In this document: piece after piece, positions 19,122 to 27,872 of the stretch
Layout of the letters: the number at the start of each line of letters is the position of its first letter
How positions within the stretch are numbered: position 1 is the first letter of the stretch
NCBI GenBank assembly: GCA_963762145.1
Contig: CAVXJS010000014.1
Location: forward strand, 416,001-480,000
Direction of reading: 5' to 3'
Length of the DNA: 64,000 nt
Origin: an uncultured Candidatus Rokubacteria bacterium
GTDB lineage: Bacteria > Methylomirabilota > Methylomirabilia > Rokubacteriales > CSP1-6
Program-made: the position numbers and the translations under genes
The notes under the pieces: model-generated
The model's database searches: none
Told to the model about the DNA's origin: nothing
The model's input: the letters and a program-made list of their open reading frames with translations, nothing else

Positions 19122-20192
19122 ATGAATCTCATCTCGGAGCGCCTCGACGTCGACGATTACGACGAAGCGGTGGAGCTCTTCTATCAGCGAAACTGGACGG
19201 ACGGGCTCCCGGTCGTGCTGCCCACGCGGCGGCGGGTGGAGGCGATGATCGCGGGGGCGGGCCGAGACCCTCAGGAGAGCCTCGGCCCGGTGCCCCCCAA
19301 GGGAGGCCCCGCGACCGTCGAGAAGCTGGCGATCAACGCGGTGATGGGCGGCTGCCTGCCCGCGCACTTCCCGGTGGTGCTGGCCGCGGTGGAGGCGCTC
19401 CTCGACCCGGCCCACAATCTCAACGGGGTGAGCCAGACCACCCACATGTGCGTGCCCCTCGTCATCGTCAACGGCCCGATCGCGCGCGAGCTCGGGTTCA
19501 ACTCGCGCGACGGCGTCTTCGGCAACGGCTACCGGGCCAACGCGGCGGTGGGGCGCGCGGTGCGCCTGGCGCTGTGGAACCTGGGCGGCGCGGTGCCGTG
19601 GGATACCGACAAGGCCACGCTCTCCCATCCGGGCGAGTACGCGTTCTGCATCGCGGAGGAGGAGGAAGACAACCCGTGGCCGCCACTGCACGTCGAGCGC
19701 GGCTGCCCGCCGGGGTCCGACGCGGTGACCATCTTTGCGTGCGAGGCGCCCCACAGCGCGTTCTGCTACGGCACGCCGGAGGAGATGCTGCACGTGCTCA
19801 CCGACTCCATGTGCGGGCTCGGCAACAACAACATGCACGTCATGGGACAAATGCTGGTGGTACTGAACCCCCTCAACGCCGAGGAGTTCGCCAAGCGTGG
19901 CTGGTCCAAGACCGACGTGCGCCGCTACCTCTGGGAGCACGCGCGGCGGCCGATCGCGCAGGTGCGGGCCTGCGGGGTGGTGCACGAGCAGTTCCGGAAG
20001 ATGGAGCGCGACGCCGGCCGCTACCCGCTCCGCTACGACCTCGACAACCCGACCACCCGCGTCCCGGTCTCCGCGGAGCCGGACGACATCCACATCGTGG
20101 TCGCGGGCGGCCGCAGCTACTTCGCGGCGGTCCTGCCCGGGTGGGGCGGCTTCGGGGGCTTCGCGGTCACCCGTGCGATCCGGAGGGCCTGA
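19122..20192 (+). CDS. Conserved uncharacterised protein, partner of the UGSC selenoprotein
   Basis: 356-aa ORF with strong codon bias and AGGAG RBS; WTDGLPVVLPT, ATVEKLAINAVMGGC and NAAVGRA motifs. Confidence 0.8.
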   Translation: MNLISERLDVDDYDEAVELFYQRNWTDGLPVVLPTRRRVEAMIAGAGRDPQESLGPVPPKGGPATVEKLAINAVMGGCLPAHFPVVLAAVEALLDPAHNLNGVSQTTHMCVPLVIVNGPIARELGFNSRDGVFGNGYRANAAVGRAVRLALWNLGGAVPWDTDKATLSHPGEYAFCIAEEEEDNPWPPLHVERGCPPGSDAVTIFACEAPHSAFCYGTPEEMLHVLTDSMCGLGNNNMHVMGQMLVVLNPLNAEEFAKRGWSKTDVRRYLWEHARRPIAQVRACGVVHEQFRKMERDAGRYPLRYDLDNPTTRVPVSAEPDDIHIVVAGGRSYFAAVLPGWGGFGGFAVTRAIRRA

Positions 20193-20195
20193 GCG

Positions 20196-20705
20196 ATGGA
20201 GATCCTGAGCCCGGTCTGGCCCGAGCCCGGTGCGGGCGGCTCCACGGCCGCGCGGCCGCGCGCGCTCGCGGGGGCCACCATCGCCCTGGTGGACGACAAT
20301 CTCGACATCCCGTTCACCACCCACCTCGAGACGCTCCTGAGCCGCGAGCACGGGGCCGCGGTGCGGAGGCTCGTGAAGCCGTCCGGCACCGCGCCCTCGC
20401 CGCGCGCCCTCATCGACGAGGCCGCGGCCGCCGCGAGCGCGGCGGTGGTGGGCATCGGGCTCTGAGGCTCGTGCACGTCGGGCAGTGTGCTCGACGCCGC
20501 CGCGCTGGAGGAGCGAGGGATCCATACCGTGACGATCGTCTGGGACAACTTCGAGAACGCGGCGCGCATGCAGGCGCGCCTGCAGAACGTGCCTGACCTG
20601 GCCCTGGTGGTGATCCCTCACCGGAAGGGGGGAGAGACCGCGGAGGACCAGCGGCGCAAGGCGGAGGCCGCGCTCGCCGACGTCGTCGCGGGGCTGCTCC
20701 GGTGA
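20196..20705 (+). CDS. UGSC-family selenoprotein (Sec encoded by TGA at 20463-20465), 169 aa
   Basis: ORFs 20196-20465 and 20487-20705 are in frame; read-through gives VVGIGL-U-GSCTSGSVLDA (UxxC); SECIS-like hairpin immediately downstream. Confidence 0.9.
20476..20496 (+). promoter_or_regulatory. Putative bacterial SECIS element
   Basis: CGTCGGGCA-GTG-TGCTCGACG 9-bp stem starting 10 nt after the UGA; G-led apical loop about 20 nt from the UGA. Confidence 0.7.
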
Positions 20706-20830
20706 ACCGGCTCTCCTGGATCATGACCGCGGCGGCGGCCCTCGCCATCGCGTCGGGCAGCCTCGGGGGCTCGTCGGAGTCCGCGCTCGTGGAAGCGGTG
20801 GGGCAGGCCCTGCGGATGCTCGGGCTGTGA
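20702..20830 (+). CDS. Uncalled 42-aa hydrophobic small protein
   Basis: MNRLSWIMTAAAALAIASGSLGGSSESALVEAVGQALRMLGL; GTGA overlaps with both neighbouring genes. Confidence 0.65.
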   Translation: MNRLSWIMTAAAALAIASGSLGGSSESALVEAVGQALRMLGL

Positions 20831-21339
20831 TCGCGCGGCTCTCCTGGGCCGCCGCGCTGCTGGCCGGCATCGCCACGCTGATCATCGCGATGCTGATCTC
20901 CGCCGACGTCCTGCTCCGCTACTTCTTCAACTCGCCGCTGCTCTTCGTGGACGAGGTCGCGAGCTTTCTCCTGGTGCTGGTGATCTTCGGGGGTCTCGCC
21001 TACACCGCCCTGTGCGGCGCGCACGTGCGAGTGGACCTGGTCACCACGCACCTGCCGCCGGCGCTGCGCGCCTGGCTGCGGGCCGGCGGCCTGGTGCTGG
21101 GCATCGTCTTCATCCTCGTGGTGTCGTGGACCACGCTCCAGTCCGCGCTCACCGCCTACCGGTACGGGCGGGTGTCCACCGTCATGCTGTACCCGCTCTG
21201 GGTGCCGATGCTGCTGATCCCCGCCGGCCTCATTCTGATGAGCGCGGTGATGCTCGGCGCGCTCCGCCGGCAGGTCCGCGCCGCGCTGGGGCCGCCCGCC
21301 GGCCGCGATGAGCTGCCGCTGTCCCAGGAGCCCCGTTGA
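20827..21339 (+). CDS. dctQ: TRAP transporter small permease
   Basis: Four TM segments; DVLLRYFFN, DEVA and HVRVD motifs. Confidence 0.9.
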   Translation: MIARLSWAAALLAGIATLIIAMLISADVLLRYFFNSPLLFVDEVASFLLVLVIFGGLAYTALCGAHVRVDLVTTHLPPALRAWLRAGGLVLGIVFILVVSWTTLQSALTAYRYGRVSTVMLYPLWVPMLLIPAGLILMSAVMLGALRRQVRAALGPPAGRDELPLSQEPR

Positions 21340-22649
21340 CCGACGCCCTGCTCGGGAGCCTGCTGATCGGGCTCATGTTCCTCCTCCTGGCCCTCGGGCT
21401 CGAAGTGTCCATCGCGCTCGGGCTGGTCGGCCTGCTCGGGCTACTCTATCTCAAGGGCTTCTCGGTGGGCCTGGGCGTCATCGGATCCATCGCCTGGTCC
21501 AACGCGACCAGCTTCTCGTTCATCGCGGTGCCGCTCTTCGTGTTCATGAGCGGCATCCTGCTGCACTCGGGCATCGGCCGCGGTCTCTTCCGGGCCATGG
21601 CGCGCTGGGTCGGCTTCCTGCCCGGCGGGCTCGCGGTGGCCAGCATCTTCTCCTGCGCGGTGTTCGCGGCGGTGTCGGGCTCGAGCGTGGCCACCGCGGC
21701 GACCATCGGCATGATCGCGATCCCCGAGATGGAGCGCCGCGGCTACCGCCGCAGCGTGATCATCGGCTCGCTGGCCGCGGGAGGCACGCTCGGCATCCTG
21801 ATCCCGCCGTCGATCCCGATGATCATCTACGGCGTGATGACCGAGACCTCGGTCGGCCACCTCTACATGGCGGGGATCATCCCGGGCGTCATCCTGTCGC
21901 TGACCTTCGCCGCCTACGTGGTCGTCTACGCGATGATCTGGCCGGAGGCGGCCCCGCGCGCGGCCGAGGACCGCGGCTCCTTCGCCTCCAAGCTCGAGGG
22001 GCTCCGCGAGGTCCTCCCGGTCGCGATCCTGATCATGGTGGTGCTGGGTTCGATGTACCTGGGCATCGTCACCCCCACCGAGGCCGCGGCACTGGGCACG
22101 ATGGTGAGCCTGGTGCTCGCCTGGTGGGCCGGGACCCTCACCTGGGCGGCGATGCGGCGCGCCTTCGAGGAGACCGTGCGCACCACCGCGATGGTCATGG
22201 CCATCATCATCTTCGCGGCCATCTTCTCCCACGTCATCGCCCTGATCGGCGCGCCCCGGGCCCTGCTCGCCTACGTGGTCTCGCTCGGGCTGCCCCAGTG
22301 GGCCTTCTTCGCCGCGGTGTTCTCGTTCCTCCTCGTGGTCGCCTACGCCCTCGAGGAGCTGTCGGTGATGATCATCCTGCTGCCGATCCTGTTCCCGCTC
22401 ATCACCGGCCTGGGCTTCGACCCCGTGTGGTTCGGCATCATCATGGTGGTGTGGCTAGAGATCGGCTTCATCACGCCGCCGGTGGGGCTGAACCTCTTCG
22501 TCATCCAGGGGCTGATGCCGGGGAGCACCGCCCGCGAGGTCACGGTGGGCACCACGCCCTTCGTGATCCTGATGATCCTCATGGTGGTCCTGCTCTTCCT
22601 CTTCCCCGATCTGGCGCTCTGGCTTCCCCGCCAGATGATGGCGCGCTAG
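21336..22649 (+). CDS. dctM: TRAP transporter large permease
   Basis: AVPLF, SGSSVATAA, LIPPSI, TPTEAAA and TPPVGLNLF motifs. Confidence 0.95.
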   Translation: MTDALLGSLLIGLMFLLLALGLEVSIALGLVGLLGLLYLKGFSVGLGVIGSIAWSNATSFSFIAVPLFVFMSGILLHSGIGRGLFRAMARWVGFLPGGLAVASIFSCAVFAAVSGSSVATAATIGMIAIPEMERRGYRRSVIIGSLAAGGTLGILIPPSIPMIIYGVMTETSVGHLYMAGIIPGVILSLTFAAYVVVYAMIWPEAAPRAAEDRGSFASKLEGLREVLPVAILIMVVLGSMYLGIVTPTEAAALGTMVSLVLAWWAGTLTWAAMRRAFEETVRTTAMVMAIIIFAAIFSHVIALIGAPRALLAYVVSLGLPQWAFFAAVFSFLLVVAYALEELSVMIILLPILFPLITGLGFDPVWFGIIMVVWLEIGFITPPVGLNLFVIQGLMPGSTAREVTVGTTPFVILMILMVVLLFLFPDLALWLPRQMMAR

Positions 22650-22925
22650 CCGCCGGACCCGCAGGCCCCGCGCGGGTTCCGCGCCCGAGGGCCGGATCGG
22701 GTAGATCGTTCCGTCTGGTGCTCGCGCCGGCGGCGGGCCATCGCGTGTCGTTCTCGGCCACGAGAACTCCGCCGAATATCAACTTCCTGGCCCCCGTCTT
22801 TTCCCGCGCATTCGCTCCGCGATCACTACGCGATCATTACGCAATGCGCTGCGCCGGAGCGTCAGAGCTTGGTGGGAAATTACCCACGGTCATAGACTTG
22901 AAGGTAGACGACACCGAGAAGCCGC

Positions 22926-24314
22926 ATGAACATCACCCACCCGTTGCTCGCTCTAGCCATCCTGATCGCGATCGCATGGCCGTCCGTTGCGGCCGGCGAA
23001 TCGCGGTCGCTCGAGGATGCTCTCTTCGAGGAGCCTCGGGTCGAGGAGCGTCCGCGCGACCTGCCTCCGTGGCTCTTCGCCTCCCGCCTCGGCCGGCCTC
23101 TGGAGGATCGCCCTCGTGAAGACTCGGGGCTGAGCGACATGAGCGCGCTGCTGCTCCGCGACCCGCCCAGCGCCCCGATCCAGTCCGATCCCCTCACCCT
23201 GCGGTCCACGGGCGAGGAGGACTCGAGCGACCTTCGCGTGCTGCTCGGCAAGGGCGAGCGCTGGCACCTGATGCGCTTCGGCGCCGCCGCCGCGTCCCGG
23301 CCTCAGGAGGCCAAGTTCACCGCCTACGGCGCCGTCGCCTACATTCCGCCGAGTCTCGGGTCCTCGCGCCCGGAGGGCGGCCTCGGCTACGGGCCGGTGG
23401 TGGCGCCGGGCGCCGCCTTCGGGCTCGGGCTCGATGAGCAGGAGGAGCCGGTCTCCCTGGGTCTCAAGGGCTCGATCAGCGACTTCGAGGGTGGCGCCGA
23501 GTACCGATCGGTCGGCAAGCGGTTCGAGCGCCTCGTGAGCGGGCCGCCGTCGCAGCGAGACCGGGAGGGCACCGAGCTCTGGGTCGCGCAGCGGCTGGGT
23601 CTCCTGCGCCTGCGGCTGACGCAATCCGAGCTGACCGACAATGTGGACCGCAACCCGGCGCTGCCCCGCACCACCCGCGCCCAGACCGCGATCAGCGCTC
23701 AGATCGACCCGCGGGGGTGGCCGATCTTCGGGTTGACCTATGCCACCGGCGATTCGGAGCGCGTGTGGCTGACCGGGGACGGCCGCCCGCGCATGACCGA
23801 GGAGCAGACCTTCGACAGCCTGTCGGGCAACGTCTACTATGGCGGGCCGCGCTGGGACGTCTCGGCCTCCTCCAGCTACATCACGAGCCGGGACGTGGCG
23901 CAGCCCGATCACACGATGGCCATGCTGTATCACGATCTGCGCCTCACGCTGCGGCCGTTCGAGTCCCTCGTCATTGCGCCGGCGGTGAGCACCGGCCTCG
24001 ACCGCTACGAATGGTCGGGCACCCGGAGCAATACGACCTCGACCTCGCTGCTGCTGTCCTACGGACCGCCCACGAGCTGGTGGAAGCTGTGGACGCTCGG
24101 CGCCTACACCGCCTCGCAGGCCAGCGACGGGACCATGGACGGACGCACCCTGAGCCTGAGCGGGGGCCTGTCGTGCGGGCTCGGGCGGCTCCTGGGCGGG
24201 CCGACCAGCCTGTCCTTCCAGGCCGGGTACGAGCGATACGACGACGCGGTGTACCGCGACGGCTCCGCGCGCGGCGTCTTCGGCCTCGTGCGCCTCAAGG
24301 TCGTCTCCTTCTAG
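22926..24314 (+). CDS. Putative outer-membrane beta-barrel protein of unknown function
   Basis: Signal peptide, alternating aromatic/hydroxyl strands, C-terminal Phe (GLVRLKVVSF). Confidence 0.6.
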   Translation: MNITHPLLALAILIAIAWPSVAAGESRSLEDALFEEPRVEERPRDLPPWLFASRLGRPLEDRPREDSGLSDMSALLLRDPPSAPIQSDPLTLRSTGEEDSSDLRVLLGKGERWHLMRFGAAAASRPQEAKFTAYGAVAYIPPSLGSSRPEGGLGYGPVVAPGAAFGLGLDEQEEPVSLGLKGSISDFEGGAEYRSVGKRFERLVSGPPSQRDREGTELWVAQRLGLLRLRLTQSELTDNVDRNPALPRTTRAQTAISAQIDPRGWPIFGLTYATGDSERVWLTGDGRPRMTEEQTFDSLSGNVYYGGPRWDVSASSSYITSRDVAQPDHTMAMLYHDLRLTLRPFESLVIAPAVSTGLDRYEWSGTRSNTTSTSLLLSYGPPTSWWKLWTLGAYTASQASDGTMDGRTLSLSGGLSCGLGRLLGGPTSLSFQAGYERYDDAVYRDGSARGVFGLVRLKVVSF

Positions 24315-24328
24315 TCGCTCCGCCCATC

Positions 24329-25192
24329 TCACCCGTGGCGCATGCGCGGGTCGAGGTAGTCCTGCAGCGCGTCGCCGAGGATGTTCAGCGACAGCACCAC
24401 CAGGAAGATCGCCAGCCCCGGCAGCAGCGCCACGTGCGGGCTCAGGATCACGAAGGTGCGCGCGGTCGCGAGCATGCTCCCCCAGTCGGCGGTGGGCGGC
24501 TGGGTGCCGAGGCCCAGGAAGGACAGCCCCGCGGTGGCGAGGATCTTCGCGCCGACGTCCAGGCTGAACGCCACCACGACCGGGGCGAGCAGGTGAGGGA
24601 GCAGGTGGCGCCGCAGGATCAGCCGGTCGGTGCTGCCGAGCGCGCGCGCGGCCTCCACGAACTCGCGCTCGCGCAGCGAGAGCACGACCCCGCGCGCGAG
24701 CCGCGTGTAGATGGGGAAGCCCACGATGGCGATGGCCACCATCGCGTTGGCGAGGCCGGGGCCGAGACCGGCCACGATCGCGATGGCGAGCAGGATGTAG
24801 GGGAAGGCCATCAGGATGTCGGTCAGCCGCATCACCAGCATGTCCACCCGGCCGCCCCAGTACCCCGCGTGCACGCCCAGCAGCACGCCGATCAGCATCG
24901 ACGCGGTGGCGGTGCCCACCCCGGCCAGCAGCGAGATGCGCGCGCCCCAGACCAGGCGGGACAGCATGTCGCGGCCGAACTCGTCGGTGCCGAGCCAGTG
25001 CCCGGGGACGCCGGGCGGCCGGAGCCGATTCGGGGTGTCCACCGCGTCCGGATCGATCAGGGGCAGGACGGGCGCGAGCAGGGCGGCCAGCACCGCGGCG
25101 GCCATGACCGCGGCGGCCGCCCACGCGAGGCGATTGCGGGACGTCCGGCGCGTCTCGACCCGGTCCGCGGTGGTGGTCGTCGCCGGCGTCAT
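24329..25192 (-). CDS. Peptide ABC transporter permease (DppC-like)
   Basis: LGTDEFGRD, EFVEAARALG, LSFLGLG and DPR motifs. Confidence 0.93.
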   Translation of the reverse strand: MTPATTTTADRVETRRTSRNRLAWAAAAVMAAAVLAALLAPVLPLIDPDAVDTPNRLRPPGVPGHWLGTDEFGRDMLSRLVWGARISLLAGVGTATASMLIGVLLGVHAGYWGGRVDMLVMRLTDILMAFPYILLAIAIVAGLGPGLANAMVAIAIVGFPIYTRLARGVVLSLREREFVEAARALGSTDRLILRRHLLPHLLAPVVVAFSLDVGAKILATAGLSFLGLGTQPPTADWGSMLATARTFVILSPHVALLPGLAIFLVVLSLNILGDALQDYLDPRMRHG

Positions 25193-26139
25193 TCGTACCG
25201 GATGCGGGGATCGAGCACCGCGTAGAGCAGATCCACCGCGAGGTTGAAGAACACGAAGACGAGGGCGATCACCAGGACGCAGCCCTGCACGAGCGGGAAG
25301 TCGCGCGCCAGGATGCCCTGGATCATCAGCGTGCCCACGCCCGGCCAGGCAAAGACCGTCTCGGTGAAGATGGCGCCGCCCAGCAGGTAGCCGGCCTGCA
25401 CGCCGACCACCGTCACCGTCGGGATCAGCGCGTTGCGGAGGGCGTGGCGCAGGATCACCGCGCGCTCGACCAGTCCCTTGGCCCGCGCGGTGCGCACGAA
25501 GTCCTGGCGGAGGATGTCGAGCAGGGTGGAGCGGGTGAGCCGCGCGATGATCGTCATGGACGCCGCGGCCAGGGTGATCGCGGGCAGGACCAGGTGCGCG
25601 AGCAGGTCGCCCAGCCCGCCGCCCCCGTGGGCCGAGTACATGCCCGAGGCGGGCAGCCATCCGAGCCAGAGTGAAAAGCACACCATGAGCACCAGACCCA
25701 GCCAGAAGCTCGGCATGCTCGCGCCGAAGATGGAGCCGACCGTGCTGAGCCGGTCCACCAGCGAGTTCGGACGCGAGGCGGAGAGCACGCCGAGCGTGAC
25801 TCCGCCCACCGTGGAGAGCAGGAGCGCGGTGGCGGTGAGGAGCAGGGTCGCGCGGAACCGGATCAGCACCTCGCCCAGGACCGGCTGCCGCATCCGGATC
25901 GAGCGGCCGAGATCGCCCTGGAGCACGTGACCCATCCAGCGCACGTACTGCGCCGGGAGCGGCTCGTCGAGTCCGAGGGAGGCGCGCAGGCGGGCCACGT
26001 CCTCCTGGGTGGCCTGCGAGCCCAGCATGATCTCGGCCGGATCGCCGGGCGAGAGATGCAGGACGAGGAACACCACGACGGACACGCCCAGCAGCACCGG
26101 CACCAGCAGGAGCAGGCGACGGAGGAGGTAGCGGCTCAC
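25189..26139 (-). CDS. Peptide ABC transporter permease (DppB-like)
   Basis: PGDPA, GDLGRS, TARAKGL, HALRNA and DPRIR motifs. Confidence 0.95.
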   Translation of the reverse strand: MSRYLLRRLLLLVPVLLGVSVVVFLVLHLSPGDPAEIMLGSQATQEDVARLRASLGLDEPLPAQYVRWMGHVLQGDLGRSIRMRQPVLGEVLIRFRATLLLTATALLLSTVGGVTLGVLSASRPNSLVDRLSTVGSIFGASMPSFWLGLVLMVCFSLWLGWLPASGMYSAHGGGGLGDLLAHLVLPAITLAAASMTIIARLTRSTLLDILRQDFVRTARAKGLVERAVILRHALRNALIPTVTVVGVQAGYLLGGAIFTETVFAWPGVGTLMIQGILARDFPLVQGCVLVIALVFVFFNLAVDLLYAVLDPRIRYE

Positions 26140-26160
26140 CGGCGGGTCCGGCGCCCCCGG

Positions 26161-27732
26161 CTACTTCAGCGAGATCGTCTCCACGCGCAGGTCGAAGCTC
26201 GGGTGCAGCTTGAAGCCCTGCACGCGCTTGGAGAAGGCGCCGGTCTGCACCTCGTGATCGATGAAGATCCACGGCGGATCGTCGTGGAGCAGGCGCTGCG
26301 CCTCGCGGTAGAGCTCGGCCCGCTTGGCCTGGTCGGTCACCTGGCGTGCCTGGGTGAGCACCTCGTCGAAGCGCGCGTTCTTGTACATGGCGCGGTTCGG
26401 GCCCACCGGCGTCCACTGGCTGGAGTGGAGCAGCGGATACATCACCAGGTCGGGATCCTCCGAGCCGGCCATCCAGGACAGCGCGAACATGTCCTGCTCC
26501 TTGGTGCGGAGCTTGGCCAGGAACGTGCCCCACTCCATGGTCTGGAGCGTCACGTTCACGCCCACCGCCTTCAGGTTCGACTGGATGATCGTGCTCATGG
26601 CCACCGGCGACTGCATGCCCGAGCCCGACTCCGGCACCCAGAGCGTGGTGGAGAAGCCGGTCGGGAGCCCGGCCTCGGCCAGGAGCTTCTTCGCGCGCTC
26701 CGGATCGTAGGGGAAGGGCTTGAGCCCGCCCTCGTCGCCCCAGGTGCCGGGCAGCACCGGGCCCTTGGAGACGGAGCCGGTGCCCTTCAGCACGTCGCGG
26801 ACGATCGCCTCCTTGTTCACCGCGTAGTTCAGCGCCTGGCGCACGCGCTTGTCGTCGAAGGGCTTCTTGGTGTTGTTGAAGCCGAGGTACCAGACGTGCG
26901 CGCCGACCTGCTTCTGCAGCGTGACCTTCGGGTGGTTCTCGAGCTGGGCCACGAAGTCGGGCGGCGTGCCCACGATCAGGTCGAGCCCGCCGGTGAGCAG
27001 CTCGGTGAGCCGCGCCTGATCCTCGGTGACGGGCCGGAAGATGACCCGATCGACCTTCACCGGATAGCGCCAGTAGCTCGGGTTCTTCTCGAGCACCACG
27101 CGCTGGCCGCGGTCCCAGGACGCGAACTTGAAGGGCCCGGTGCCGACCGGGCTCACGGTGTAGTCCTGGCCCGACTTCATGGCCGCGGTCGGGCTCACGA
27201 TGGAGGCGGCCGGCGCGACGAGGACCGCCAGGAAGGAAGCGCGGGGCTCCTTCAGGACGAAGCGCACCGTGCTGTCGTCCATCGCCTCGACCGCCTTGAC
27301 GTTGCCGAAGAAGTAGGCGGCGAAGGGATACTTGCCGAGCTTGTTGGCCGGATGCTCCGGGTTGATCTGCCGCTCGATGGAGAACTTGACCGCCTGCGCG
27401 TTGAACGGGGTGCCGTCGTGGAAGGCGATCCCCTTGCGGAGCTTGAAGGTGTAGGTGAGCCCGTCCTTGGAGATCGTCCACGACTCCGCGAGCCCGGGCA
27501 CGATCTGGGTGGTCTCTTCCGCGAAGGCGACCAACGTCTCCACGACCCGCCGGCCCACGCGGCTGGAATTGAGATCGGTGACCTGGGCCGGATCGAGCCC
27601 CACCGGCTCCGCGACCAGCCCGACCACCAGCGTGTTCGCCGACTGCGCGAGCAGCGGGGGCGTGCCGGCGGTCAGCACCACGAGCAGCGCCAGGGCCAGA
27701 CCCGACCAGGTTCGTCTCCGTCTCATCGCCAT
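26161..27732 (-). CDS. Peptide ABC substrate-binding protein (family 5)
   Basis: Signal peptide; PGLAESW, FHDGTPFNA, GTGPF and VRQALNYA; GGAGGA RBS. Confidence 0.93.
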   Translation of the reverse strand: MAMRRRRTWSGLALALLVVLTAGTPPLLAQSANTLVVGLVAEPVGLDPAQVTDLNSSRVGRRVVETLVAFAEETTQIVPGLAESWTISKDGLTYTFKLRKGIAFHDGTPFNAQAVKFSIERQINPEHPANKLGKYPFAAYFFGNVKAVEAMDDSTVRFVLKEPRASFLAVLVAPAASIVSPTAAMKSGQDYTVSPVGTGPFKFASWDRGQRVVLEKNPSYWRYPVKVDRVIFRPVTEDQARLTELLTGGLDLIVGTPPDFVAQLENHPKVTLQKQVGAHVWYLGFNNTKKPFDDKRVRQALNYAVNKEAIVRDVLKGTGSVSKGPVLPGTWGDEGGLKPFPYDPERAKKLLAEAGLPTGFSTTLWVPESGSGMQSPVAMSTIIQSNLKAVGVNVTLQTMEWGTFLAKLRTKEQDMFALSWMAGSEDPDLVMYPLLHSSQWTPVGPNRAMYKNARFDEVLTQARQVTDQAKRAELYREAQRLLHDDPPWIFIDHEVQTGAFSKRVQGFKLHPSFDLRVETISLK

Positions 27733-27818
27733 GTCCTCCTCGAGCCACGGGCTCCCGGGCAATCGGTCGCCGGGATGGCGGCCGGAGCGCGCCGAGTATA
27801 GCACCGCGCGCCGCGGCC

Positions 27819-27847
27819 TTGACATCGCCCGCCCCCCCACCTAGGGT
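27819..27847 (+). promoter_or_regulatory. Putative sigma70 promoter for the LLM gene pair
   Basis: TTGACA-N17-TAGGGT upstream of AGGAGG/ATG 27873. Confidence 0.55.
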
Positions 27848-27872
27848 GATGCCCGACTCGAAAGGAGGCCTC

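Noticed and set aside
20190-20198. The TGA stop of the 19122 gene is in frame with the selenoprotein ATG (TGA GCG ATG), suggesting a second Sec and a fusion
   Set aside because: There is no Cys-like context or clear SECIS hairpin, and a GGAGG RBS at normal spacing supports independent initiation
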